Counted from the first letter of the whole stretch, positions 1 to 14,436 are shown. The stretch is DNA of 63,852 nucleotides, filler included, from Choristocarpus tenellus KU-1152 (GCA_964200185.2; 11 parts of 11 records of this genome joined end to end with filler, not necessarily neighbours in it), one strand, 5' to 3'. Notes: a model not told the origin generated them from the letters alone. A program made the numbers and translations.

Positions 1-1844
1 CCCCCCAAGATACTTTGACCCTTTTTTTCTGTGGGATCTGGCGATGCCTGTACGAGTCTAAAGCTGGTCCTATTTCCAAGCTCTGGGTATTTGCGCATTA
101 CCTCTGGGTTCCTTTTGTTCGTTATCCTTCCTAGCCATGCCGACAGAGTTCTTCCTTCATCTTTTCCTTTTCTTTTCCATCTTTCACTGTGTTTCTTTAT
201 ACGCTTCTTTCATAGTATTTGTGTTTCCCTAAACGTGGTGCATTGCTTTGCTTTGACTACGTTTTGAACATGGTCTGACTGGGACACCTTAGACTGATGT
301 GGAGAATAAAATAAACAGGCTGGGGAGGTAGGTGACTGGGCAGTAGCGTTGTTGATGTGCTCTCTATCACATGACAACGACCTGTGTGATCTCTTAACTT
401 CTCCGTAAGTATGGCACCCAGAGCCATCGCTTGTGGGTACTTGCCTTTCCTTGGACCAGATGCCACACTCTAGGCAGATGAGCATCCCTTGTGTATACTT
501 GGCTTAGTTTTGGCACCTTTGGCAACTGGTGTTCGTTAGCGATCTGGCACAGTTTTTCTCCCTTTTCCTACTCATTGTTGGAAGTGCGATTTGTAGGTAA
601 TCGTCCCGACGAAAACCTACTCTGTATCACTCAAAATGGACAATTATGAGGGCGTCGCAAGGTCTATATGATGGGCGCATGGGGATAAGGACCTCCCTTC
701 ATTGCTCCTTCAGTCTCATGAAAAACTTTGATGATTGCAACTGTGGGATCCACACTCTAATCAACACAACACTGGGACTAAGGTGGGGGGGTGGTGCGTT
801 TCATTTTTGTTTTCTGCTTTCGTATCTGTTCCTCAGATGAACACGGGACAAAGATCCTCTTTCTTTCTTCCGCTCCTCCTGGGTGTCCGTTTCAACATCC
901 TTGCTTTTGTGTGGTTAGCCTCAACAAGTCATGTCGCAATTGTTCCTTATTCTGTGTGAGCACAATTAATTGCACCCTTCTGGAGACACACACGCATTGT
1001 GTTGTAACAATGGCATTTGTCGATGATCCTGTCAAGTACTTCTGTGTCTCACATGCAACAACCATAATGGGCTACTTCTGACCTTTTGCGGCCAGGATAG
1101 GATGCTGCAATCCTCTCACACCATATACCGCAACCGTTATTCCACGCATGCCTGCTTAAACTCAAGCGTATGTCGACAGTGTATGTTTCTTCGCTTGGTA
1201 AGAAACCACATCTAACCGGATATCACTATAATTTTTGCTATTGGTTGTACTTGTCAATCACCCGAACTAAGGGCCTAACAAGGAAGGGTTGGCAGGAGTG
1301 CACAGAGACTGGGGGAGACGAGGGATTGTGTGTGTTTCATCACCATATTGTTTCAGCCTTTCGAACACTGAACCATTTGAACCCGATTTGGACTTTGAAA
1401 ACCCTTAGGAAATTTCTTGAAATGGAGATCTTTTTTGTGAATGTATTTTGCAGGACGATCTGAAATCGAATTTTTCATGGATACTTTGGTGGCGAGCTTG
1501 TTGAAATGAGGTTTGTGTCGCACAACGTTGTACGCGTGTGTGCGATCTATGGACATTTAATGCGTGCCGCATCCCCGTGTTTCTGGTGACTCAGTGGTGA
1601 TGATGATGCCCGTTGTTGGTATTTTTGGCGTTACGGGGTTATGTGACAATTGTTGTTTACTTCTCCTACCTGCTATTGATAATAGTACCATAACAATCAC
1701 TACTACTAGTGCGATTTACTACTACCACTACAACTACCACTAATCGATGCTTCCTGTACTTAATCATAATCAACATGGGTTTCACAAGACGAAGAATGAA
1801 CAAGGGTGTGAGGTAGTGTTTCTAGTAGCAGTAGTAGTAGTAGT

Positions 1845-2107
1845 GACCCAAAGTAAACGAGAGATACCCAGGTTTTGGCTGATTTGCATTTTATATCTGT
1901 TTTTCAAAATCTTCTGCACTTCACCCTTATTACTATGGATGAAGTTCTAAGTTTGACGGTTGAGCATTTATTTCTCCGTTGTTTGGAATTTTTCCCAACA
2001 CGATTCACAAAATATCCTATACACATTTATAAAAAAAGTCAAATTTTGGACATTTGTCAGCATTTTTAAATTGTAACTCTGGGTAACTCTCATTTTCTTT
2101 ACTTTAG
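1845..2107. mobile_element. MITE family C copy
   Basis: Ends CCAAAGTAAACGAGAGATACCCAG ... CTGGGTAACTCTC..TTTACTTT are inverted; interior aligns with 3874-4111. Confidence 0.7.
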
Positions 2108-2806
2108 TAGGTAGTATTATAAAGTATATGTGATGTATAAGACACGATATGATGCGCACACCACATTGTGTACTACATCATACATACACACCTTCAAAAT
2201 GAGATATAAAGTAACACAAGAATAATTAATAATAATACTTCATACTGGAATATGTATATATATGCTGTGCACAAAGCACCACCACTACTACTACTGTGTG
2301 TGTGAGATGGTTGTGCTAGATGCAACACTCACTCAGACAAACTACTACTACTACTACTATTTCAAACGCACACACACGACAGATCCACACCCCTAAGGCA
2401 TCTATAGACAGCTTCTCTGCAACCAAGAAGGAGTAGTGCGAAGAGAATCCAACATGACGACTTTAACAATTAGTACACCATACGAGCCCAAACAAGCAAG
2501 TTGCAACATTTGAACACCTCTACCACGTGAAAGTGACCCAAACTCATTCCTGACCAGACTGTGCTATCCCTAGCACAGGGCCCGAGGTTACGGTGGTAAA
2601 AGGGACATGTAGTACATACTCCCTTTGGTGCACATGCACCATCCTCCCAACAAATTCCTCAACATGATGCACCTTCAGGTGTTGTTGCCCATTATGCTGT
2701 TGGATATCATCATCCACCCAACCAACAATTACCTTTACCTGATCTTCGGTCTGTACATTGTTCTGTTAGTGCGTGCTGTATAATAACTACTTTTCCTTGG
2801 TACATA

Positions 2807-3349
2807 CTCCCTCTGTCCCACAAGTCTGTTATTCCTTTATGCATGTGTAGCTCTTCGGGATGACCTCCGATTTCAAAACGAATTTTTGCGTTGTACTCTT
2901 AGGAACTTTTTTTCATATAAGATGAGGTATATATGAAAATATATACCCCAAAATTGTTATGGAAATATGGAACAGAGGTTAGGCGGGCATAGGCCTACAA
3001 GAAGGCACTGAATTGGTGGATTGACAGCGTTGAGTGGAAGCGAGGAAAGGTTTTCTAATGCAAAAACCTTAAGGAATCCAATGCCCAATCCGTTTTTAGA
3101 ATCGGAGTCATCCCGAAGAGTTACATGCAAAAAGGAACAGACTTACGGGGCAGAGGGGAGTATAATATCAATACAAAAAAAGATGGGTAGCCCATGTTTC
3201 AACACGGTCCAGACCTTCCTTTACTCTTCAAATATATCTCATCTTCCGTAATTTTTTCCGAGGGATCAAACACAAAAATCCGTTTTGAAATCGGAGGTCA
3301 TCCCGAAGAGGTATATACATAAAGGAACAGACTTATGGGACAGAGGGAG
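2807..3349. mobile_element. Stowaway-like (Tc1/mariner) MITE with a duplicated right end
   Basis: TA|CTCCCTCTGTCCCA... ~75-bp TIR matched by right ends finishing at 3160 and 3349, each followed by TA. Confidence 0.8.
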
Positions 3350-3873
3350 TACAACTATCTATGTGATACGAATCGCATACTACGCTGATCTGGCGCATGC
3401 AGGGGGGGAGGCGGAGTGTCCTACTGATGTAATGTACTTTCTCCACTTAGTAGTAGCAGAATATATCGGTTTTACAACTAGCCACCTTTTGTACAATGCT
3501 GCCCACAAGTAATTATCAAGAATCCTTGAGCATGATCTCGTTGCATCTCTCTCATACATGAGAAAGCAAAGACAGCACCTGTCATGCCACGTTATGTCCG
3601 AAGCGATCTGGACCCTTCCTGAAGGGGCCAATCTATTTCCACTCAACTTTCTTTGTATATTACCTCTGTTCAGCATCAGTTCAATTCCTGTAAGATGTTA
3701 AATATGCAAGGTCACCACTCATACCTATGTAATCTACACTGTACGGTTTTCATCATACTTCCGCACGTATACTTCCAGATGCGCGAGCTGCAGACTTTTC
3801 CCACGCTCACTTGACTTCAATAGACCAAAAAAGACCAAAAAAGCAGAGGTGTCTACTCCTTAGGAGGCATTTT

Positions 3874-4111
3874 GAGCCAAAGTAAACGAGAGGTACCCAG
3901 GTTCAGACCGATTTGCATTTTAAGACTGTTTTTCAATCTTTCGTAATTCACTCAAAATTTTATGGAGTGCTATGCTTTTATTTGAAAAAATTCTGACACA
4001 ATACACAAAACATCCTACACGGTTGTAAAAAAGGCAAGTTTTAAAAACATATTTCATTTGTCAGCATCCATAAAATGCAACTCTCTGGGTATCACTCGTT
4101 TACGCTAACTC
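3874..4111. mobile_element. MITE family C copy
   Basis: GAGCCAAAGTAAACGAGAGGTACCCAG ... CTGGGTATCACTCGTTTACGCTAACTC; similar to 1845-2107. Confidence 0.7.
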
Positions 4112-6188
4112 CGTCATACGTGGGATTTCTCCCTACATATAAACATCCTGTGGCAACTTCCATACGCCATATACGCTCCCATATGTGCATTCAAAACCAA
4201 AGTTTGAACAGTTCAGGGTCAGTCAATAATATACACAAGATATAAATTTTTCATGATGCTTTGTGGGGGGTCTTTCAAAACCCAAAACGAGGTTAACCTA
4301 AAATCTCGGTGAGTCCACAAGAACTGATCCTCGTGTGAGAGTTTTTCATGTACGAACTCTATTTTTCCAGAAGCAAACCACCCTGTATAAACTGTTCAAA
4401 ATGAGGCTCAACAGAGGGAATTATCATTAGCTAGCGTCTCTTGTAGGCACCTGGTCACACTCTTTCCAACTACAACTGTATATGCAACATCTGCAAAAAC
4501 TTGAATACTTACAAGTAAGGTGTTTTATTGTTGAAAATAGTTTTTGTAACAAAAGTAGTAGATAAGAGCGATAGTACAAACTTCTACACATGCTTTCGAC
4601 TCTTAATGCCCTTGCCCTCCCCCCCCCCCTTCCACAAAAACATGATAAAAATAGAAATATAATTCATGCAATTGTACAAAAGTCGGGCATTGAGATGAAC
4701 ATCAGCCAACAAAACACAATGCCATGAAGCAAGCAGTCACCACATGCTGTCATATGCTAGGGTTTAGATCTGCCATTGATACACAGTTGCAGCACCCTTG
4801 AAAAATGAGCCATACTAGACATACGGGCAATGTAGAGGAGGAAGAAACCTCGGCAGCAAAGCACAATTAAAAAAACAACCAACTTTTTATGAACCAGTCT
4901 TCCACTGCTGATTCCCTTTGTCACCACCAGACTGAGACAATATGCTCTCTTCTCTCGACAACACAGTCACTATAAAAAAAAAGAGAAAATGTCCCTCCTT
5001 TCAGCAGCCGCCCCATTCACCCCGACACACAAAATAAAAAACAGCAGACACAAATGCCCACAAATCACACACACCAGATCTCAGTGTTCTAAAAAAATAA
5101 ATGATAGGAGATGATGGCACTCTACCAAGTATTCAAAACCCGACTATAGGCCGGCCCCCTTGCCTGGCTAATCCCCAACAATGCCAGGATCCTTCCTACT
5201 TCTCTGCAAGGGGCAACAGCTATCATATACACCCTGCAGAGGGTGGAGTTTAACGAGCCTCGTACTCCAACAGGCAGTCCACGAGGACGAATGCATGTAC
5301 TGCCATATGCGATGTCAGTTGTATCTCACTCTGCAGCAACAATCAGAAAAAATCAGCAACAGTCCTGGGAGGAAACGGAGAGTGCCTGCTTGTCCCCCTG
5401 AAGCGATCAAGAGTCCACAAAAATATATATGCAAGGACGCATTGGCATACCACAGGCAAAGAGAGGGCAGTTGAAACCGTCAAGTTAGGGTTTGGGTCAG
5501 ATGAGGGGGGGGGGGGGGTGAGAATATAATAGCAATGAGACAAGGTTGTGTACAAGAACCAAGTTATCACTCACACACATAGTGTTCTACCAATCCAATA
5601 CGAGTAGATAGTACTGAGATAAGGAAATGGTACACATATTGTGGACAAATTCAGCAATTAATTATAAAGACATCCGCTGGATAAACAGACTCAACACAAA
5701 CGTTGCCTCGGCCTGCACACAGTCAGACGGCAACCCGTGGTATGATGATGGGGAGGGGGGGGGCGGTAGTGCATGAATTCCGGTTCACATTATTATTTGT
5801 TCGCTTTGTGTATGCATTTGTGTGCACTTGCTCTATGCACAGCACTGAGCTCAACAAATGAAAATGAAACACCTGGCTGAACCCAAGCACAATTCTTTAA
5901 TTAATGCACTACTAACAGTGAGAAAGAGAAGTGTCACAGGTAAAGTTGTATTTACCATTTATGTTCTGCCTCACCTATCTATGTAGAAGTTGCAACAAAA
6001 GATGAAGACGACCTCTAATGAAAGAACTTGAGAATGGTTAGAGTTTCTTTCTTATGCAAAACTATGTGCCTCAACTCTAGTTACTGCACTCTACCAGCCA
6101 CTTTATTCAGGAACACACGGAAAATCTCCCCCCCCCCCCCCCCCCCCACCCCACCTCCCACACTCCGAAAAACCAAAATCAAACCAAA

Positions 6189-6288
6189 NNNNNNNNNNNN
6201 NNNNNNNNNNNNNNNNNNNNNNNNNNNNNNNNTTAATTAATTAANNNNNNNNNNNNNNNNNNNNNNNNNNNNNNNNNNNNNNNNNNNN
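6189..6288. other. Artificial contig spacer N44-TTAATTAATTAA-N44 (also at 12813, 15947, 24277, 34069, 36960, 42631, 51626, 54894, 59826)
   Basis: Identical 100-bp block with a six-frame stop linker, 10 times. Confidence 0.98.
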
Positions 6289-6318
6289 ATATTATTTTAT
6301 AAATAAGAGGGGTGGGGT

Positions 6319-6378
<60 letters not shown>

Positions 6379-6669
6379 GAAGTAAGTGGAAGTTGCCACA
6401 GCTTGGACAGGTGCACTACTATCCTGCAGGGTAAGGATTGGGTGGAGTACACATTTGTTGTTTTGAGCTTGATCATCTTTTCCCCTAACCCTTGCCCTAA
6501 CTGCATGTGCATATCGCAGTATACCTTTTTTTAATCCTTGTAGACATGACACCAAGCCTTTGGAAGGTATATATTATGGTGCTGCAGAGAAACAGATTAC
6601 TGTATGTTTTGCATTTTTGCCCGTTTAGTTTTTAGAGTCAGTTGTACCCCCTTGTTTAACAGTCCCCTG

Positions 6670-7700
6670 TAAATATTAAGATGCATAGGTGACTCTGCAG
6701 TACGGAATAGAACATTGCATCAAGTAATCATTTCGAAGCTCCTCATCTGCACTCGAGGGAAAGCTGAAGCCCCAGTTTATTCATCACAATGCCTTATTTG
6801 TTTGCTTGGATACATGTCTTAAAAGCAAGTGTTGCTTTCCACACCTTCTCAAATGTATTGTGTTGTCCAGGCTAATCCACCAGAGGAGATCTTTGATTTT
6901 GTACTGCGTCCTGAGTCAATGAAGCTCGCCATTTCGAGGAGGTTCTGACTTGCGCCTGCTGTCGATGCATTGACATAGCACAAATCTGACTAAAAAGAAA
7001 ACAAGCAGGAGGGTGACACGAATTCGGAGTTGCTCTTTGAGATATTTCTGCGCCTCACCAAAGGAATGACTTTCTGCCACGTATTGGAAAGCAGAGGGTG
7101 CTTTGTGCTGCACTTTGTTTCACACTTCAAGAAGCAAACATGAAAGCAACACAACGGATTCTGATGTATAGCCATGTATCTATTTAGGTAGCTAATGCCA
7201 CATGTGAAGTTGAAACTGGTAAAAATGCACTTGTTATCGGATGGTTTGGTATCCTTGCGTCCATGTCCCCATGTAGAGGGTTATTGTGGTCGAAGCCTGC
7301 CTTACTTGTTACTGATTATTTTGTGTTGTTGTAACACCTCGAGGAGATACACTTGTAGCCCATCTACTTGATTGTAGCGAATGACGCCAAGGAAAAAGTT
7401 TGGAGTCCATATCCTCTGCACCTTTTGTTGTTCAGGAAAGTGCTTGGAAGTCATTTGCTCTAATGCATGCCGCCCAAAGCAACATCCAGAGTCCATCTTG
7501 TTCGTAATATGTTGTCTAGGACAAAGCCCAGTGGCAGTTTCATCTACCTTGATGCATGCTGTCTAACAACACATGGAGTTCATTTCCTCTGGAGGACACC
7601 TTCTCCAGTTGCCTCTTCGTCACTAATAATGCTAAATCACGCAATATCTGTGTTATGCAAGAACTGTAAGGTCTTGAGGTGTTCAGATATCTGAACATGA
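6670..7700 (-). mobile_element. Highly degraded Ty3/Gypsy integrase relic
   Basis: Stop-ridden minus-strand translation keeps motifs in integrase order: QQHK..GRLRPQ-PSTW, ISKSNSEFVSP (cf. IVSDRDPRFTS), ASTAG, TAESPMHL. Confidence 0.4.
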
Positions 7701-8531
7701 TGTTTGGAAGCTTGAATTCAGGTAAGTGTTTTCTTATTCTGTGTTGCAATGTATCATTCTTGCGGTATTGGTTCGAGTATTTACGGTCTTTCGATGAAAC
7801 GATATTGTTGTATATTTGATGCTTTTAGGGTAATAATGCAGTGCGTGGATGATATCTGTGCTATATGGTGCAGTGTGTTATTGTCGTGGAATCATTCTAT
7901 AATTGAGAAGGTTACACATTGCAGCAGTGCACATTATTAATGCAAAGTTCTGTCTGTCTACTAGGATCTCTAATACATTAGGCAATGTTAGGAGAGAAGA
8001 GCATCTAGTTTTGGGGTTGTAGATTGTTTTTTTATTGTAATGCTATTGAGACAGTTTGTAGAGGGGTAGATCATCTACCCTCTTCGATAACAATTACGGT
8101 AGGGTATTGTTGTGCGAGTAGATGAGCATACCTTTCCGATCCACGTAGTGAAGTCTACCTCTATCACATGCACTGCCTGTCGTGTCCCTACCACAGAAGT
8201 ACAAGTGTTGTCGCACACATTTTAATGCATAATTTAGAACATGTTCACAACTACTGGAACCTGAATAACCAACGTAGTGCGCCAGCTAGCCTTCCCAGGA
8301 CCCCAACGTCAGGTTACGATCTGTGTCCAGGTGCTCATGTGAAGGGGTTTGGGGTACACGCTTTGACGTAATATCATCTAAGTTAGTTGATCCAGAAGAT
8401 GCATTGGGCTATCTTGGGGCATCGCCATCCATTGTCATCCCTTGAGCAATGAGGATGCTATGATAAATCCCAAACAAGTTATTTAGCTTGGTGGAAGACA
8501 CCTCAGAAGTTAAGGTTTGGTAAATTCTATT

Positions 8532-8800
8532 AGCCCATAGTATCCTAAAGGGCGGGTCAGGTGTCCATTCAGGGCCTGGGTGAACCAGTAGTGATTTTCA
8601 TGCCATTTGAGCAAACGTATCAGATGTGAAGGCAATTTCCTTCATCTTAACGCACCTTCCTTTTACACCCCCTACTTAAACCAAACCCAAAGTAGAATCA
8701 CCTGCAAAACGGGTATTAAACTGGGGTATCTTACAACATACCATCAGGCCCCGAATGGATAACCTGGTCTAACCCCCCTCCCCTCTAAGATACTATGAGT
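8532..8800. mobile_element. MITE family E copy
   Basis: CCCATAGTATCCTAAAGGG ... CCCTCTAAGATACTATG inverted ends; similar to 57367-57635. Confidence 0.65.
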
Positions 8801-9379
8801 AGTTGACATGTTCCTACAGACAGGGTTGTATGACCAACCAGACTCCAGCAGATAATCTACAGACTTTGTCTTGATTAACAAAGAGATGGATGGGGTTAAC
8901 AGTCTCACTATGCCCCTTTAATTTACTGAAGGAAAGGATATTAATCAGTAGATAGATGGTGTGGTTTAGCCAGCAGGAATCTTCAGCTGAGCTTTCTTTG
9001 GAGATGTCGTCCACCATGGTACGGATGCTATATGGTATATGGGTGGATGGTGTTACCTTTGTGTGTGTGGTTGTAGAAGGTGTCAATGTGAGACCTGCTA
9101 TTATTATGGCGAAAAGGGATTATACAAGAGCTCACCTGCCACCACATTTTTTAACTTACCTGTGAGTGTTTTTCTTTAGTCCTAGCTTATTTAAAAAAAA
9201 AAGAATTTACAAACTTATGGGGCCGTACAAAGTTACTCAAGGGGGTAGCACTCATTGCTGCTTATCACCTGTGTATGCTATAGCCTGCTATAATAATGGT
9301 GGTATCATTCACTTCAAGAAAGAGCTTGGTAGTATCGTAACTTGTGATAAGGAACGAATTTTCCATTAAATTGTGTGCA

Positions 9380-10500
9380 ATGTATTCAGATCATCTACCA
9401 TATTTGCCATGTCATTTTTGTTGATGATGGTTCCTTACACAATTGACAAGAAAACACACTAAAATGAAGTCATTTGGATGACCATTCCTCCGCCCACTTG
9501 GGAGGTTGTGGGGAGCTTTGAGCCAAGGTCCACCTTGTCACTCTTCTTCTTGAGGAACCACACCCACTTCATTTGAGAATAGTCAACAACAATCATGGCA
9601 TAGTGCTTCCTCTTTGGCTGGCACCCTCGTTGGCCTGGTCAGGTCCGAAAATAGTTGTCCCAGTCGTTCTTTAGGTCTGTTATCCGTTGTAATGGGCGCT
9701 TTGTGTGTGTTTTAGTTTTTAATTTGGAGCTCCCTAAGCAGGGCTTCCGACTCTGTGTTAATACGACGCCATACCGCTTGACTGTCACTTGCGTGAGTTG
9801 TTCGTGCGGGTGCCTAGTATGCTGTACACTTCCATGATATTTTTCTGCTTGACAGACATCGCTGCAAGTACCGTCCGCCGTTGTATCTCGAAAACATGCA
9901 GTCCTTCTTTCCTAAAATGAAAGTAGCCTGTGTCGTCATAGCCGCTCAATACCACTGTGTCACCCCTCATGTGAATGCTACGGCCTGATGTTTCCCAATG
10001 GCTGTTGTCTGATAGCGGGTCCCTCGTAAGTCTGGTACTAGTGATACCTTTTCTAAAGTACCCATTTTTGTTACTTCATCACACTTCTTTATCCCTACCT
10101 CCAATGTTCCATATTCCATTGGCGAGTTCCACTCCTCCACCCAATATTGACTTGAAATTGATTATGTTACTTGGATCTGTTGTAATGTGATTGTTTCGTT
10201 ACCCCCCAATCCAAACCCATTCAGTCCAGTCACCAACTGCATCTAAAGAGGTGGTGCACAGTTCAACTAATCCGAGTCCACGGTGGTCGCAATCAGACCT
10301 CCCATGTTGTTTGAGCTGAGGTTTTATCATCGTCCTCGTCAGTCTGATTCGGGAGTTGGAGTACAGTAAGAATGCGAACAGGTAGAGTTGTGAACTGGCA
10401 CCGATTACAATCAACTGTATCTGATCAGTCAAAAATATATGATACCCAAATACTTCAATACCAGTTGTTCGGTTGTTCTGGCATATCAAACCTGTGGTTA
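9380..10500 (-). mobile_element. Degraded Ty1/Copia pol relic (pre-integrase and integrase core)
   Basis: Minus strand with frameshifts gives RLGQLFSDLTRP..KHYAMIVVDYSQMKWVWFLKKKSD, matching Copia integrase HSDLCGP..Y...VDDYSR..WVYFLK.KSD. Confidence 0.7.
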
Positions 10501-11567
10501 CACGATAACGAATGCTCCTGTTCATATCATTTGTGTGTACGTGTAGGATGTCTTAGTTAGCCTCAGAATATTTTGTCTGCAATGGGTCCCTTGTCATTTA
10601 AGAGACCATTTTCTTGTGGCCATGCCAGTCGGTGCCTCAATGCACTCACTCTCACCCAAACAAGTAGCAACAGTTAACTGGCAAGAGCTAAACTGATGAT
10701 AATTGCAATGTGTATCACAACTCCTCTTGGATGCCAAGTGTGCAATAACAGATGATAGTGAGAGGGGAACATTAAGATTTTTTGCTCTTGGCTAAAGTGA
10801 GTAGGGATAGGGTTGAGTTGTAGTTTCAATCTTGTGAAGTTTGGATTTGACCTTACTTCATGAAGCAGTGTTGTAGTGCATTCAGTAGTAAGTTTGTTGG
10901 GTTTGGGATGGTATTGTATACCTCTTCAGTACAATTTTAGAGTTATCCAACATGAGAACAGATCAAAGTCCATGTACTAACAGGATTTTGTGTTTGTGAG
11001 TTTTGGGAGTAAGAGTTTCGTCAGAAATCGGAAGGTAAATATATTAATTGATGGTGGAGTCAGTGTTCATGGTTTGCTCCTATACCAATAACACTCATTT
11101 CAAAAAAGATACTGATCAGTTGATTTTTCCTTCTGATTTCTCTCAAGTCCCTGCTTGCGTCCACAACTCCCAAGATAAAAATATTGAAATGCGCAATATT
11201 ACTCATTGGTATGATATGACAGGACTTGACTTGGACTTTTGGATGTGGAATTGGGCACTGATTGCAAATGTGTGTGTGCATATAGACGTTTTGACAATTT
11301 CCATTTTTTGCAACATCGAATTATGTGTTGATGCATATATTGCAGATGGTTTCCTTGCCGTGTCATGTTAGTATATGTACATTGTAAGAAGAAAAATACG
11401 ACTGCCTGATGTCTTCAGATGAAGAGTCAGCATTTGTGTGAGCGAGTTATGTGCACTCTTTTCTACCAGCACTTCACAGTATTGAAGTTTTTGCAGTGAT
11501 AATCTCTCGAATCTACTACCTACATCCAACTTTCCTGTAATCAACCCTCAACGTTTTGTAACTGTAG

Positions 11568-11741
11568 GTGATGCTGGGCAAGGAAAAGAGACTGAACAAG
11601 GAAGAGACTGCAAGATCCGCCAAGGCATCCCTTACAGCATATGACGCCATTGAGGGTCCTGGAGACCTGGGGGCAAAGCGGAAGAAGGGAAGAGGCGCAG
11701 TGGGCAAGGTCAAAAAGTTCACTAAGAATAGGGCGAAGTAG
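11568..11741 (+). CDS. Probable terminal exon of an unidentified gene (basic C-terminal tail)
   Basis: ctgtag acceptor, then 57 codons VMLGKEKRL...KRKKGRGAVGKVKKFTKNRAK-TAG. Confidence 0.5.
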   Translation: MMLGKEKRLNKEETARSAKASLTAYDAIEGPGDLGAKRKKGRGAVGKVKKFTKNRAK

Positions 11742-12912
11742 GCAAGAGGGGAGTAAAATAGCAGGAGTAATTGGATATGGCCACTATCATGAACCATTTC
11801 AAGATTAATCGCAATGATACTGGTATAAATCTGAGATCGAGGTTGTGTTTTTGGTGCATATGTTCCCCTTCATGATAGAACCTTGGCTCCAGTCTGTATT
11901 AGTACGAGTTTTGATTTTTGTGTGGTACAGTAGTTGGTCATAAAAGTGCACAGATATATATGGTGTGGATCATTTGAAAAGGTATAGCCTGAAAAGCTAG
12001 CTAAGCTCTCTTGTTGTGGCCAAAGAAGAGTGAAATTGGGGACTTACTCACTGAAGCATAGCAGTAGTATCATTACACTAATCTACAGTAACGATTTGAG
12101 AATGGTCACAGAGGTTGCAGGGAGAAGTCCTCTCTCGTTTGGATCAATGCGCTGCAAGATGCTTTTTATTAGTAGAAGCGTCGCGTTTCTATGCTGCGAC
12201 GCCAACTACCCCTATAGTCCTGGTGTATCTTTGTCCTTGTAGCCAGAAGGCACCACACACAGTAACTACCACAATTGGCAGGAAAGAATGAAGATAAGAG
12301 ATAGAAATCTCACTTAGTATAGCCATTCCTTTTTCAGAATTTTCGTTGTTGCATTGTGGAAAAAAGAGAGGCAAGGGTGGATAACAGAGGATGCATGGGT
12401 TCTTAACGTGTGAGCGAAGTGATGAAAAGATCTAGTTGCATTGATATGATTGGATGTTGGTTTAGTTCTCTTGCAGGTTGTTTCATGATGGTGGTTAACA
12501 CAGTATCTGTTGCTCACTACAAAATTCCCCCTATTAACCATTTTAAAGTGTGTTTGTATACCCCCTCCCTAGGTAGGATTCCATCCAAATAGACGATCAC
12601 CAAAATTGAGGATTGTTAAGCTGTCCTTGGCAATCTGTTGTCCCACACAACTAGTTATATTATTGTTTATTAACTTGTACCACAGTTAAGAAGAGAGTGA
12701 GATACCTTCACCAGGTGGGGCTCACCAGTCCTTACACTTAATGACTCAGAATACCAAATGACTCAACGTATCTCTAGTACACGTCAGAAACACTCCGACT
12801 CTAATAGTCCGCNNNNNNNNNNNNNNNNNNNNNNNNNNNNNNNNNNNNNNNNNNNNTTAATTAATTAANNNNNNNNNNNNNNNNNNNNNNNNNNNNNNNN
12901 NNNNNNNNNNNN

Positions 12913-12985
12913 CATCCAGGAAGCATTCCGCTTGCTTTGCCGAGGCGCCCAAAACTTTCCACCGCAAAGGTGTTGAGGTTATAAC
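12913..12985 (-). mobile_element. Fragment of RLE non-LTR retrotransposon 3' end
   Basis: NTFAVESFGRLGK matches NTFVVESFGCLGK at ~38340. Confidence 0.65.
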
Positions 12986-13681
12986 TATAGTTTTTATTTG
13001 TTTTCCCTCTGACACATCTGCAAAATCTCAGAGGGCTTGATAATATATAGTGGTGAAGCAACAAATTATTTTTTTTCACATTTATGATATTTTATTTCCT
13101 TAGGGCTTATAGTGACATGTGTATAGTTTTCATTTGTTTCCCCCCTGACACATCTGGAAGATGTGCAGAGGGTATAATCATAGAAATATAATAAACGTAA
13201 ATCGTCCCCTCACTTGTTGTAAATACCCCTCTTGAAGAGACCTCCGCCAATCAGAGAACAACACACCCTAGCGATCGAAGAAGATGGGGCACAGTTATGC
13301 GTAAGATGTTAACAATTATCAAAGCGAAACCGATGAAACGGTCTCTATTGTATTACGACTATAGGGGACGAGTGTCAGGGTGATCTAAAATGCTATCTCG
13401 GGGCATCAATACATCGGTCAAGTTCATCAGTGCACGAGTGATCGTTGCAAGCGAGTGACGGACAGGCGTACGGGCTCACGTCCGTCTTATACAACACACA
13501 CACACACGCACACACTCATTATCATCAGTGGCTCCTAATAAAAAAGGTGCTCAAGTTGACAAGAAAAAAGAAAATACAATAGTACTCCCAACTGACGCAT
13601 GCAATCCTCAGACATAGGTACCATCACACGCTGAAAGCTACTGACTCTGTATCAAAATCCTCTAAATTTGCCCCCCTCAAA

Positions 13682-14436
13682 ATGGTACAACAACAGTCTG
13701 CAGTAGAAGAGGTGCATAAAAACCTCCACGATGCCCAGTACCAGGCGGTCTACCTATCTTCCTGCCTTGCAAAAGCAAAGGAGAGCAAGGACATCGTGGA
13801 GAAAGAACTGTGTGAGGATAGGGGGGGAGGAGACAATTTCGCCCTCTGTAAGGGCGTCCGACTAGCATATTTATATTTCAGTCAAATTAATTGAGAATAT
13901 ATATTTTTTTAAAGAAGAGCCCCACAACTTGACAGGTAGGCAAGATTGCACTTTAAGGATCCCCAAAATTGGCTGAAAGACGCATTTCTGAGCAATTCCG
14001 AAAAGGGCTTTGGCCGACCTGCGGTGACAAGTTGTTTGTCGAAAGGAAGAACATCAATTTTCAATTTTGCAGACACAATTGTGCACATATAGCAATGAAA
14101 TACGGTGCATTGCATCTGCATAGAACAACCGCCTCGTAGGCAAAGGGGCCTTAACCTGCTTGCCTCTCACAAACCTTTAATCACAGTGGAAAAAAATGAG
14201 ACCCTTAAGCAGGAAGTCATCACTGTCACTGCACACCTTGAGACTGAGAGGTCACAAAGGATGCGAGTAGAGGAAGAGATATTCACTTGAGGAGAACTCT
14301 CAAGGCCCTTCAACTGGACACGAGTTTGAAGGAGGAGGACAACTCTGGACGGGCACTGGAAGCTGGGTGTCCTGAGAAGGGGTTACCCAACTCAGAGCAG
14401 CTGATGGAGGCCAAGAAACAGGGCAGAGAGGACCAG
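13682..14436 (+). pseudogene. Coiled-coil-like exon remnants with a frameshift
   Basis: EKNETLKQEV...EEEIFT continues after a 1-nt shift as LRRTLKALQL...KQGREDQ|gt. Confidence 0.35.

Noticed and set aside
2650-5410. Possible minus-strand exons (e.g. GIELMLNRGNIQRK..., GTSRHSPFPPRTVADFF)
   Set aside because: Could not be joined into a stop-free or recognisable product
6233-6244. Recurring palindrome TTAATTAATTAA
   Set aside because: Assembly linker embedded in N runs, not biological
6292-6555. Poly-Pro ORFs
   Set aside because: Arise from a poly-G tract at a contig edge
9166-9369. KLMGPYKV resembling the Gypsy GPY/F motif
   Set aside because: Single short motif without supporting context
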